Source: Nitrospiraceae bacterium (lineage in GTDB: Bacteria > Nitrospirota > Nitrospiria > Nitrospirales > UBA2166). From it: a stretch of 64,000 nt of DNA. Every line of letters starts with the position of its first letter. Position 1 is the first letter of the stretch. Below, piece by piece: positions 9,553 through 19,147 of this stretch. Below the pieces are notes generated by a model. That model had not been told where the DNA came from and made no database searches. It saw only the letters and a list, made by a program, of their open reading frames with translations. The position numbers and the translations under genes were made by a program. The stretch is taken from NCBI GenBank assembly GCA_002726235.1, contig PBSN01000008.1, positions 448,635 to 512,634 of the forward strand, read 5' to 3'.

Positions 9553-10628
9553 CTTCCCACAACAGCCTGCTCACACACCTGCTCCAATGCGCTAATAAAG
9601 CCATCGAAGTCAGCTTGTGTCAACGCCCCCATATTTGCAACACGGAAAATGTTGGAATATAACGCTCCCTGTCCCGCATAAATTACAAACCCACGGACTT
9701 TGAGTTGATCATGAAGTTCAACATAGGTGAGAAAAGGTGGAACTCGAACTGCCGTGATAGTGTTTGAGGCATAATCTTCGGAAACAATGCATTGCAGATC
9801 GAGATCACGAAAACTCCGCCGAAGAAAACGTGATGCCCTATGATATCGATCGATTCGACGATCAACCCCTTCGTCCAAGAGTTCCGCTAAGGCTTCGTGA
9901 AAAGCATAATGGAGTTGAACCGATGGGGTAAACGGAACCCCAGGATCGTGACAATAGGAAGGAAGGTGAAGGGACACCGACCGCTTTGGATAAGTCCGCA
10001 TGGTATCTATAAGGGAATCTCTCACCAATAGGAAAGAGACCCCAGGAAAACCTTGAATACACTTTCCCGCCGTCCCGGCAAGGATATCAATATGACTTGC
10101 GGCAAGGTCAATATTCTCTCCACCAATTGAGCTCACCCCATCAACGAGAAAAATTTTTCCATAGCGGTGAGCCAGCTCGCCAATCTCTTTTACCGGATTC
10201 CGCAATCCAGTCGTAGTTTCGTGGTGCACCACCGCAACAACCTGAATCAATGGGTCAGCATTGAGTGATGACTCTATTTGAGCAAGCGGCGGCGGTTGAG
10301 TCCAATCAAGATTTAATTCTATCTTTCCAAGTCGATACGCTTGAGCAATTTCAGCAATTCGATCGCCATAGACTCCGTTCTTGATCACAAGAAGCTTCTT
10401 TCCCGGTTGGACAATAGATGTGATCGCGGCTTCAACTGCCGCGGTCCCAGAGCACGAAATGACAATCGCACGATAGTCTTGAGATCGTGCAAACGCCTGA
10501 ATGAGCTTCAATTTAATGTCGTATAAAAGAGAATAAAACTCTTCTTCACGATGACAAATATCGTCACGTAGCAACGCTTGCCGCACACGTTCAGACACAT
10601 TGACAGGTCCAGGATTAAGAAGAATCAC
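9549..10628 (-). CDS. Class V PLP aminotransferase, 2-aminoethylphosphonate-pyruvate transaminase-like (AepZ/PhnW family)
   Basis: LLNPGPV, HHETTTG, DGVSSIGG, PLP lysine in AGKCIQGFPG, PFTP, IYAGQG, FRVANMG. Confidence 0.88.
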   Translation of the reverse strand: MILLNPGPVNVSERVRQALLRDDICHREEEFYSLLYDIKLKLIQAFARSQDYRAIVISCSGTAAVEAAITSIVQPGKKLLVIKNGVYGDRIAEIAQAYRLGKIELNLDWTQPPPLAQIESSLNADPLIQVVAVVHHETTTGLRNPVKEIGELAHRYGKIFLVDGVSSIGGENIDLAASHIDILAGTAGKCIQGFPGVSFLLVRDSLIDTMRTYPKRSVSLHLPSYCHDPGVPFTPSVQLHYAFHEALAELLDEGVDRRIDRYHRASRFLRRSFRDLDLQCIVSEDYASNTITAVRVPPFLTYVELHDQLKVRGFVIYAGQGALYSNIFRVANMGALTQADFDGFISALEQVCEQAVVGR

Positions 10629-11191
10629 TCTGGCATTCCGTTAGCAGCCTTCATAAAACGTTTGGTCATAACATCGGGCGCTACATCAACACGCAAAACA
10701 TCATCGACCTGCCTCGAGACCTTCACCAATAAAAACCCTGGTCCGTGAGCACTCAACATTCGCTCAAGAGTGTGAGGAAGAAGATGTTCTTCCACTACTC
10801 GATTTACAACAGCATATCCACACGACCGCGCAACAGCGTCAAGCGACACACTATGTGAAAGAGTCGCTTGATCTCCGGTACTTCCATAGACCTCGTTGTC
10901 AAACACAACGTGCAGAAGATTCTTTGGTTGATGCGCTGCAATGGTGGCGAGCGTCCCCATATTCATAAGGACATTGCCGTCACCATCCATAACCACAACG
11001 GTTCGGGTAGGTTTCGCAAGAGCAATACCAACACCGATGGCAGAAGCAAGGCCCATCGACCCGATCATATAAAAACGCTCGGACCGATCGTGAAAAGAAA
11101 ACGCCTCCCGCGAAGGAAATCCGTTACAAACAATTACTAGCTCGTCCGTGAGCTTACTTAGAACGACATGAATCGCTTCCGCACGTGTCAT
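10625..11191 (-). CDS. ThDP-dependent sulfopyruvate/phosphonopyruvate decarboxylase beta subunit (ComE-like)
   Basis: NGFPSRE, FYMIGSMG, ThDP-binding DGDG...VFDN, STGDQ motifs. Confidence 0.88.
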   Translation of the reverse strand: MTRAEAIHVVLSKLTDELVIVCNGFPSREAFSFHDRSERFYMIGSMGLASAIGVGIALAKPTRTVVVMDGDGNVLMNMGTLATIAAHQPKNLLHVVFDNEVYGSTGDQATLSHSVSLDAVARSCGYAVVNRVVEEHLLPHTLERMLSAHGPGFLLVKVSRQVDDVLRVDVAPDVMTKRFMKAANGMPE

Positions 11192-11670
11192 TCCACCACG
11201 CCTTGCGTCAACATCAACGCCACAGGAGTTCGCCGAGAGTTCATGTGGTCACGCGCCCACTCAATATCAATCTGAAGTGAATCAATTGCAATCAGCCTGG
11301 AGGGAATAGACACGGTTTCAAGAATGCGTGTACAAACCTCACCCATGACAAGATGCTCGGGAGCATCGATTCCTTGATATCCACGCCAAGAGATCAGCAG
11401 GAGACACGGCATGGAATAAATTAAATTGAGAGACGTCAACACGTTGAGACAATTTCCCAAGCCCGAGTTCTGCATTAACACGACAGGTTGCTTGCCGCCA
11501 AGAAACGCACCTGCGGCCATTCCAACAGCTTCATCTTCTCGAACCGATGAAACATATCGTCCTTGAGCAGTCAACACAGCAATGAGACCGGCGAGTGCAG
11601 TGTCTGGCACACCGGTATAGAAATTGAATCCAGAATCGACAAGCATTTGGACAACATCAGTTGAAGTCAT
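11188..11670 (-). CDS. Sulfopyruvate/phosphonopyruvate decarboxylase alpha subunit (ComD-like)
   Basis: YTGVPD, REDEAVGMAAG, LMQNSGLGN, SWRG, DAPEH motifs; 4-bp overlap with the beta subunit. Confidence 0.88.
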   Translation of the reverse strand: MTSTDVVQMLVDSGFNFYTGVPDTALAGLIAVLTAQGRYVSSVREDEAVGMAAGAFLGGKQPVVLMQNSGLGNCLNVLTSLNLIYSMPCLLLISWRGYQGIDAPEHLVMGEVCTRILETVSIPSRLIAIDSLQIDIEWARDHMNSRRTPVALMLTQGVVE

Positions 11671-11819
11671 AATTTAACCATAGCATGCTTCTAGCAATGG
11701 ATTATCTAAACCGCAAAACATGGATAAAATTGCGGGACAATATATCATCCCGCCCTGTATACCGGCTAGGTTTGATAAGATGTGGATATACAGACATCTT
11801 GCCCGCATAATGGAGTAAC

Positions 11820-13184
11820 TTGATGACAAAAGCTAAAATATCATTCGTCACGTCCCTGCTTCTCCTCATCCTATGCCTTGCCTGGCTACACATAGTCATG
11901 GCTGAAAATCTGCCATTAATTACGCTAGAACCTATCGCCACTGGCCTTACCAATCCTCTCGGAATCGTTGATGCCGGAGATTCTTCTGGCAGACTATTTG
12001 TTGTATTGCAAGCTGGGCAAATTATCATTGTGAACAGCACGACAACTTTGAACACACCGTTCCTTGACATTCGTGAGCGCGTACGTAGTGGCGGTGAACT
12101 GGGTTTGCTTGGATTGGCTTTTCACCCGCAATACAGGTCAAACGGATTTTTCTACATCAACTACACCAATCGTCAAGGACAAACTGTCATCTCTCGTTTC
12201 CAAGTTTCAACAGCCACAAATACTGCTGATGCCGAATCAGAACTCATCATACTTACCATCGATCAACCTTTTTCCAATCATAACGGCGGACAGATCCAGT
12301 TTGGACCCGATGGACTCCTGTATATCGGCACCGGGGATGGCGGAGCGGGAGGCGACCCGCAGAATCGTGCACAAAACCTCGGTGACCTTTTAGGAAAAAT
12401 GCTTCGTATCAACGTAAACGAGGATGATTTCCCCACCGATCAAGACCGCAACTACGCGATCCCACCGAATAACCCCTTCATCAATAACCTAGCGGCTCGT
12501 AATGAAATATGGGCCTATGGCCTTCGGAATCCATGGAGATTTAGTTTTGACCGCCTGACCGGTGCGCTTTTCATTGGAGATGTCGGCCAAGGAACATGGG
12601 AAGAGATCAGCCGACAGCCCCCAACAAGTTCTGGCGGCGAAAACTACGGATGGCGTTTGATGGAGGGCACCCACTGCTTCGAGCCGGAAGAGAACTGTCC
12701 AACGGACAACCTAACTCTCCCTATCATTGAATACCCCCAGAACTTTGGAGACGAATTTATTGGTTGTGCTGTCATCGGTGGGTATCAGTATCGTAGCACA
12801 GCCATTCCTCAACTTTTTGGAATGTATATCTACGCTGACTTCTGCTCTGGAAAGATCTGGGGATCGCGTGAATCAAATGGTCAATGGGAAAGTGCTGTCT
12901 TACTGGATTCAAATCGATCGATTACGAGTTTTGGTGAGGATATGAACGGGTCGCTCTATGTCAGCGATGCGGCAACCGGATCAATCTTACGCATCGCTGG
13001 TCCCAATGTTGGCGGATGCATTGCCTTTAACCGTGAACCCCTGGCTAATCAGAAGGTCAATCTAAAACAACTAGAAGAGACCAAGCAAAAAACACGAACA
13101 GATACGGATGGCTGTTTTACCTTCGGCCACGTTGTTCCAGGCAAAAAGTTTGAGATCATTATCAAGGGGCCGATGGCTCCGTGA
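11820..13184 (+). CDS. Secreted PQQ-dependent sugar dehydrogenase (GSDH family) with a short C-terminal extra domain
   Basis: Signal peptide; GLLGLAFHP, NHNGGQIQFGPDG, GDGG, GLRNPWRFSFD, DVGQ, NYGW motifs. Confidence 0.9.
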   Translation: MMTKAKISFVTSLLLLILCLAWLHIVMAENLPLITLEPIATGLTNPLGIVDAGDSSGRLFVVLQAGQIIIVNSTTTLNTPFLDIRERVRSGGELGLLGLAFHPQYRSNGFFYINYTNRQGQTVISRFQVSTATNTADAESELIILTIDQPFSNHNGGQIQFGPDGLLYIGTGDGGAGGDPQNRAQNLGDLLGKMLRINVNEDDFPTDQDRNYAIPPNNPFINNLAARNEIWAYGLRNPWRFSFDRLTGALFIGDVGQGTWEEISRQPPTSSGGENYGWRLMEGTHCFEPEENCPTDNLTLPIIEYPQNFGDEFIGCAVIGGYQYRSTAIPQLFGMYIYADFCSGKIWGSRESNGQWESAVLLDSNRSITSFGEDMNGSLYVSDAATGSILRIAGPNVGGCIAFNREPLANQKVNLKQLEETKQKTRTDTDGCFTFGHVVPGKKFEIIIKGPMAP

Positions 13185-13243
13185 AACAGTGACTTGCATC
13201 GCATAATGTTTTCCTGTCCCTGGTAAACTTTCTCAAGATCCCG

Positions 13244-14002
13244 CTAAATGTACCCCTGCAGGCGATACACAATCACCCCAACCAGCTCATGAATCATCCA
13301 TGTGACTCTACTTAATGCACCGGCAGAAGGAAGAAAATCGAATATGCTAATAGTGTCTGACGTCCGAAAGTCTACCGGATAGACCTCTGGAAATAGCCCT
13401 TGTTTGTTGAAGGCTGCTTCTGCCCTCCACACATGGAACGCCGATGTGATCAGAAGGATTTTTTTATACCCCCCTTCGCGAACAAGTCCAGCAGTATTGA
13501 CGGCATTTTCATGTGTATTTCTGGAAGTTGGATCAATGATGATCTGGCTGGGGGAAAGACCAGACTCGATGGCAAATTCCTTAAGAAGCACGGCTTCACT
13601 TTTACTTTGATCTAACAGACTTCCACTGCCTCCCGTAATGAGGAGTTTATCTGCAATCCCACGTCTCACCACAAAAATACCAGCTAAAATTCGATCGACT
13701 CCCTCGCCAAATTCAAGATTTTCTTTCTCGCTTAGCTCGATATCGAGCATTCCGGTCAAGACCACGGCAACATCATACTTCTGCGCAAGAATGTCCGAAG
13801 GTGGGCGTGCACTCTCAAGCCATCCCAGTAGCGAATCGGATGTGATCGGCATACACAGCATGTATAGACTAACAATCATCGCCCCAAATATTGCTCGAGC
13901 ATGCTTGCGATGATAAAATAAGAAAGTAGCGATCATGACGAGGAAGAACAAAGTTAATGGAAAAATTAAATACTGCAGTGTCTTGGACAAGACAAAGAAC
14001 AT
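13244..14002 (-). CDS. YdcF/DUF218 (ElyC-like) envelope protein
   Basis: N-terminal TM segments; ITGGSG, SRNTHENA, LITSAFH, HELVG motifs. Confidence 0.88.
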   Translation of the reverse strand: MFFVLSKTLQYLIFPLTLFFLVMIATFLFYHRKHARAIFGAMIVSLYMLCMPITSDSLLGWLESARPPSDILAQKYDVAVVLTGMLDIELSEKENLEFGEGVDRILAGIFVVRRGIADKLLITGGSGSLLDQSKSEAVLLKEFAIESGLSPSQIIIDPTSRNTHENAVNTAGLVREGGYKKILLITSAFHVWRAEAAFNKQGLFPEVYPVDFRTSDTISIFDFLPSAGALSRVTWMIHELVGVIVYRLQGYI

Positions 14003-14141
14003 GATGTTTCCTTACTTATCCTGTGATTAACTAGAAAGCAATGGCACGCGAAGTTCTGCGTCTTGCCTCAAGCAAAAATTCCTTTTAGCACATCCAAAAG
14101 CCTGGAATTCCTGGAATGCATCGGCAACCACTGAAACCGAT

Positions 14142-14705
14142 ATGTCAAAGCCATTAAAAAGGGGAATGTTTCTCATCGCTGACCCAAAGCTTCGCGATCC
14201 CAATTTCAGTCAAACAGTCATACTGCTATGTGAGCACGATGATCAAGGCTCCCTCGGAGTCGTAGTCAACCGACCAACAACGCTCAGGCTTTCCGAGGCC
14301 ATCCAAAATGTCAGCGATAGTCATTCAATAACTGATGTCCTCTATTCTGGCGGACCAGTTCAACCGGACCACATCATGACACTATACCGTGCTGAAAAAA
14401 AACAGGTTCCAGAATCTGAGCACATAGCAACCGGCATGTACCTTGGAGGCTCTTTAGCCGTTCTCGAAGACATGATTGCCTCGTTGGCATCAACAAATTC
14501 TATTCGCGCCTACGTGGGATATGCCGGCTGGAGTTCAAACCAGTTGGAGTCTGAATTAGGCGAGGATTCGTGGAAGCTAGTTCCCGCAGATCAGAAATTC
14601 GTCTTCGACATGGAACCCGCACGGGTCTGGTCTACACTTCTTGCGTCGTTGGGAGAGGAGTACTCGATTTATGAGAGTATGCCTCCAGACCCAACAATGA
14701 ACTAA
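14142..14705 (+). CDS. YqgE/AlgH family protein (DUF179)
   Basis: DPNFSQTVILLCEH, GVVVNRP, GGPV, GYAGW...QLESE motifs. Confidence 0.92.
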   Translation: MSKPLKRGMFLIADPKLRDPNFSQTVILLCEHDDQGSLGVVVNRPTTLRLSEAIQNVSDSHSITDVLYSGGPVQPDHIMTLYRAEKKQVPESEHIATGMYLGGSLAVLEDMIASLASTNSIRAYVGYAGWSSNQLESELGEDSWKLVPADQKFVFDMEPARVWSTLLASLGEEYSIYESMPPDPTMN

Positions 14706-15850
14706 CCCCAAATCCCTTTCTTTTTTATTTCATAGGGCCAAGCCGCGCATGTTGCCCCACTCTTTTGCGTCTGGACACATTCATAGCAATCCGGAATACA
14801 GTGGAACAGATCAGCTGCCCGTCCTTCCTCAGACTTTTGTACCCAATCGGGATCTGCAAACATCCCTCGCGAGATAACGATCACATCCGCAACACCACGA
14901 GTAATCACAGTCTCACCCAACGCTGGATCATAAATCCTCCCGCAGGCAAATACCGGGGTCCCGCGAATACCACGACTAAACTCCTTGATCATGGCAACTT
15001 GATAGGTCTCTATTTGCAATGTCTGTCTGACAGCCGGGTCATTCCATGATTCAATCGTCCCCCCTTGGGGAATGAAATAATCAACTCCTTCCTTCTGCAA
15101 ACGCTGCGCAAATTGGCCAGCTTCAGGAAAGTCCCATCCGTCTGGAACCCACTCCTTCACAAGATACTGATACCCCACGAGAAAGTCCGGACCAACAGCT
15201 TTGCGAACGGCATCATAGACTTCAAGAGGAAATTTCATGCGATTGTCAAAACTCCCCCCATAAGCATCTTCCCGTTTGTTAATCCGAGGTGAAAGGAACT
15301 GACTCAACAGATACCCTGTCGCACCATGTAATTCCACACCATCGAAACCCGCTTCTCTCACCAACGCAGCCGCATCAGCAAAAGCTTGAATGGTCTCCTG
15401 AATCTCCTCCAGCGTCATTTCTTGTGGGGTAGCCTCCATATCTCCGAATAACGGAAACGGCGTGGCTGAGGGAGCTAAACGTCTTGCTTTCTTGTACTGT
15501 TCCCATGGTCCAGCATAACGTCCAGCATGGTAAATCTGTGCAACCCCAACCGGCCCATGTTTTTTGATACACTCCGCAAGTTGAGTGAGTCCTGGCAAAC
15601 ATTTTCGGTCTGATAAGACCACCATGTTAGAAAACTGTGCACCAGCAACATTGACCGCCATATGCTCTGTAATCACCATGGCAGGTCTCCCCTTTGCCCG
15701 TCGCTCATAATGCGCCAACATTCGATCAGAGACCGTCCCATCTGCATTGGCATATCCAACGAACATTGGACCGCAGATCAATCGGTTCCGAAGTTTCAGT
15801 CTTCCAACTTCTAACGGACGGAAAATGAGCTTATACGGAGAACGTAGCAT
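14702..15850 (-). CDS. NADH:flavin oxidoreductase (Old Yellow Enzyme family)
   Basis: LRNRL, QIYHAGR, AGFDGVELHGATGYLLSQFLSP, REDAYGGSFDNR motifs. Confidence 0.92.
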   Translation of the reverse strand: MLRSPYKLIFRPLEVGRLKLRNRLICGPMFVGYANADGTVSDRMLAHYERRAKGRPAMVITEHMAVNVAGAQFSNMVVLSDRKCLPGLTQLAECIKKHGPVGVAQIYHAGRYAGPWEQYKKARRLAPSATPFPLFGDMEATPQEMTLEEIQETIQAFADAAALVREAGFDGVELHGATGYLLSQFLSPRINKREDAYGGSFDNRMKFPLEVYDAVRKAVGPDFLVGYQYLVKEWVPDGWDFPEAGQFAQRLQKEGVDYFIPQGGTIESWNDPAVRQTLQIETYQVAMIKEFSRGIRGTPVFACGRIYDPALGETVITRGVADVIVISRGMFADPDWVQKSEEGRAADLFHCIPDCYECVQTQKSGATCAAWPYEIKKKGIWG

Positions 15851-16119
15851 AGCTATTACCCTTCATACGTATTGCACGCAAATCCTCTCCTCTTCGCAAC
15901 TCATGATTGCTGCGTGGTTTACTGCAACACATACAACTCCACCACACTCAATCATTAGATGCCGACATCGCATGTAAAGCAAGTCGTTGCTGTATCGTAT
16001 CAAGTCCTGCCCGACTCCCTCTCAGCATATTAGAGTTAAAATAGTAACGCGTCAAAGAGCAAACTATCAAAATGCGATACCCTTGGCAGCTAAACACAGT
16101 TCCCGTAAAGCACGCCCAG

Positions 16120-16345
16120 AAAGTCGAGATGACGATGTCGCAATATTAGATTGCTCGTTTTCAACCGCAAACGTGACACACAGCACATGACTGCAAGAGA
16201 TTGTGAAAGAGTTGTAAAAGAATCCGGGGTCAAAACATTAGCCCTTTCACACTTCTATCCAGTGTGCGAATATTATGATGTGAGAAGTCAGCGACGAAAG
16301 TGTTCAGAGGAGAGATTGTCGTCGGGCAAGATCAAATGGGCATGA
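16120..16345 (+). pseudogene. C-terminal remnant of an MBL-fold/RNase Z-like hydrolase
   Basis: DVAILDCSF in one frame, then HMT...GVKTLALSHFYP in another; no HxHxDH N-terminal part upstream. Confidence 0.55.
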
Positions 16346-16353
16346 GCGTTTAA

Positions 16354-17025
16354 GTGTTCACCCTGCCACTATATGCAAACACGATGCGTACGGCAAGCCG
16401 AGCTAGCATGATATACGTTGGCTGGATGTTGAGTACGTTTTTTTCACTTTCCTCCGCAGCCCTAGCGGAGCCACCTGAAATAAAGATTTCTGTGGACAGC
16501 AGATCCATTAATCAGATGCTCTCGCATCTTCAAGGCTCGATCTTCACCAACACGTGGGATGCAATACCATTACGACCTACCCTTTCACTTCAAGTGAACA
16601 CCGCTAAAGTCATCACAATGCACCACACAAGTGGAACGATTGACCTTCACCTTAAAGGCAAAGTCCAACTTCACTACGCGATCCTAGAAGCTGAGCAACA
16701 CGCATCGTTTGGATTTACAGCACAGCTACAAACACGACCCGTGAGCACTGAAACTGCAATCATTTTGCAAGTCCTAAAAGTCAACACCACGCTCGACGAC
16801 CCACCTATTTCTGACGAGATAGAACTTTTCCCCATTCAAGATCTCATACGCGCGACTCTCCTACCAGAAACTATACCGCTTCTGGATATGCAGAACCTCC
16901 AAAAAATAGGCATACCACTCCCCGGAAAGCCACCAGTCACGGTTCATCCCACGACTCCCCGCATCCGCGTCGGCAAAGATCGGTTGATTCTATTTATAAC
17001 CCTCCAAATCGAATCGTCTCCATAG
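16354..17025 (+). CDS. Hypothetical exported protein (start may be a downstream ATG)
   Basis: 223-aa ORF with signal-peptide-like LSTFFSLSSAALA-EPP and a beta-rich mature region. Confidence 0.6.
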   Translation: MFTLPLYANTMRTASRASMIYVGWMLSTFFSLSSAALAEPPEIKISVDSRSINQMLSHLQGSIFTNTWDAIPLRPTLSLQVNTAKVITMHHTSGTIDLHLKGKVQLHYAILEAEQHASFGFTAQLQTRPVSTETAIILQVLKVNTTLDDPPISDEIELFPIQDLIRATLLPETIPLLDMQNLQKIGIPLPGKPPVTVHPTTPRIRVGKDRLILFITLQIESSP

Positions 17026-17395
17026 TTCTTGTACGCATGTATTGATTAAATCTGTATCGTAACCAGCGTTTTAACACGTGGCGCGTTGGTGGAATTAGAA
17101 CCAAGAGTCCAAATGCATCGGTAAGAAAACCCGGGGTCAACAACAACACACCGGCAACACAAATCAAAACTGAATTGACCAGTTCTTCCGCCGGCATCTG
17201 ACCAACCATGATCTGCTGCTGCATACGACGCAACGTGCGTAGTCCCTCAAGTCTTGTGAGAAAAGCACCGGCCACCGCGGTAAACACAACAAAGAGAACG
17301 GTAGGAAGAGCTCCCAAGACAGCCCCCACCTCGATAATCACGTAGAGCTCAAGCAAGGGAAGAATGATGAAAAGAGCCAGAAGCTTTGAAAACAC
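16994..17395 (-). CDS. fxsA: FxsA family membrane protein
   Basis: LPLLELYVII, GVLLLTPGFLTDAFG motifs; GTG 17395 preceded by GAGGA. Confidence 0.9.
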   Translation of the reverse strand: MFSKLLALFIILPLLELYVIIEVGAVLGALPTVLFVVFTAVAGAFLTRLEGLRTLRRMQQQIMVGQMPAEELVNSVLICVAGVLLLTPGFLTDAFGLLVLIPPTRHVLKRWLRYRFNQYMRTRTMETIRFGGL

Positions 17396-17536
17396 GATGC
17401 AGATCCTCACAATGAGAGCGGGCTATGCTAAAATGCAACTCGCTGTAGCACTAGCGAGAAATTCTACAGCAATACCATGGACAATTGGAGACCTAATTTA
17501 ATGTACCATGTTTTGTTGCACAGCCCTTACTGAAAT

Positions 17537-17890
17537 ATGGAGGAATACATGGCTCGTATTCGTATTTACCTCGGGAAAAAGCAATACACTGGTTATTACG
17601 ATGATGCACCTCTTGAGGTGTGCGCCAAGAAAATGAAAATCCAGATCTCCACTTGGTCGACCGATCCGCTAAATATTCCGGTGCAAGAGTCTATGGATGC
17701 ACTAAAAGGCGCGACCATACAGATTCTAGAACACGACCTGGAGGAAGACCACGAAGCCGATCCACCGAAACCTATGCTCCCCACAGACATCAAGGTTGGG
17801 TATTACCAATTGGGTGCGGCACCAGACAAACTCAGTAGTTTTTGCCGAAAAAACGGATATCCATTCGTCGAGGCAACATGGCCCGACTGA
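17537..17890 (+). CDS. Hypothetical protein overlapping the glgC start
   Basis: 117-aa ORF; GGAGGA precedes the internal ATG; 13-bp overlap with glgC. Confidence 0.6.
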   Translation: MEEYMARIRIYLGKKQYTGYYDDAPLEVCAKKMKIQISTWSTDPLNIPVQESMDALKGATIQILEHDLEEDHEADPPKPMLPTDIKVGYYQLGAAPDKLSSFCRKNGYPFVEATWPD

Positions 17891-19110
17891 AAAACACACT
17901 AACCATCATCCTAGCAGGGGGAAGAGGCGATCGCCTTCAACCTCTCACACTTGAACGCGCCAAGCCTGCGGTTCCATTCGGTGGAAAATACCGCATCATC
18001 GATTCTACACTGAGCAACTGTATTAATTCAGGCCTTCGAAAAATTGTCGTTCTTATCCAATACAAATCGCTATCTCTTGACCGCCACCTACATCTTGCGT
18101 GGAACCTCCTCAATCCTGAGTTGCACGAATACATTATGGCAGTACCCCCACAACAACGTATTAGTCAAGATTGGTATCGCGGAACCGCAGACGCTGTTCG
18201 CCAAAACATCTTCCTCATCAATGATGAAGATCCAGATTTTGTGTTCGTGCTGAGTGGCGATCACGTATATATGATGGATTACGGTGAGATGTACAATTTC
18301 TCGCTCCTACGTGGAACAGAAGCGGTCATAGGGGCCATTCCAGTACCCATCGAGGAGGCCTCGCGATTTGGCATTCTTGCGGTGGACGAGGAATATAGAA
18401 TCCTCCGGTTTGATGAGAAGCCGAAAACCCCACGCCCTATCCCCGGAAAGCCTACCCACGCCCTCGCCTCAATGGGCATCTATCTATTCAGTACGAGGCT
18501 TCTCAAGCGATATCTAGTAGAGGACACGAGAAAAAAATCCAACCATGACTTCGGACGTGCCATCCTTCCGCAAATGGTTACTGATTGCCCGGTCTTTGCC
18601 TATCCGTTTGAGGATCCAAAAAGTCGTGCACCACACTACTGGCGTGACATCGGAACCCTCGATGCCTATTGGGAAGCCAATATGGATCTAATCACAGTCG
18701 ATCCACCCTTTAACTTGTATGATCAATCCTGGCCGCTTCGGACCTACCAAGGACAATTTCCACCGGCAAAATTCGTCTTTGCCGACAACCCTGATACAAA
18801 AAATGGTCGAATGGGACATGCTCTTGATTCAATCGTCTGCGGTGGCAGCATCGTAAGCGGAAGCAGGGTACAAAATTGCGTCCTCTCTCCAGCTGTTCAC
18901 ATCGATAACTATGCGGACGTTCGAGACTCCATCCTCATGGAGAATGTTATCGTTGGAAAACACGCGAAGATCAAACGCACGATTATCGATAAAGACGTCA
19001 CCATCCCTCCTGGAACCCACATCGGTTATGACCTTGAGACTGACGCCAAACGATTTACCGTTACAGCGTCTGGACTGGTAGTGATTTCAAAAGGAATGAA
19101 GCTCGAATAA
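17878..19110 (+). CDS. glgC: Glucose-1-phosphate adenylyltransferase
   Basis: ILAGGRG, RAKPAVPFGGKYR, WYRGTADAV, LSGDH, DEKP, ASMGIY, YWRDIGT motifs. Confidence 0.97.
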   Translation: MARLKNTLTIILAGGRGDRLQPLTLERAKPAVPFGGKYRIIDSTLSNCINSGLRKIVVLIQYKSLSLDRHLHLAWNLLNPELHEYIMAVPPQQRISQDWYRGTADAVRQNIFLINDEDPDFVFVLSGDHVYMMDYGEMYNFSLLRGTEAVIGAIPVPIEEASRFGILAVDEEYRILRFDEKPKTPRPIPGKPTHALASMGIYLFSTRLLKRYLVEDTRKKSNHDFGRAILPQMVTDCPVFAYPFEDPKSRAPHYWRDIGTLDAYWEANMDLITVDPPFNLYDQSWPLRTYQGQFPPAKFVFADNPDTKNGRMGHALDSIVCGGSIVSGSRVQNCVLSPAVHIDNYADVRDSILMENVIVGKHAKIKRTIIDKDVTIPPGTHIGYDLETDAKRFTVTASGLVVISKGMKLE

Positions 19111-19147
19111 CTCGCAATACAAGTCGCCAACACTCATAAGCACTCTC

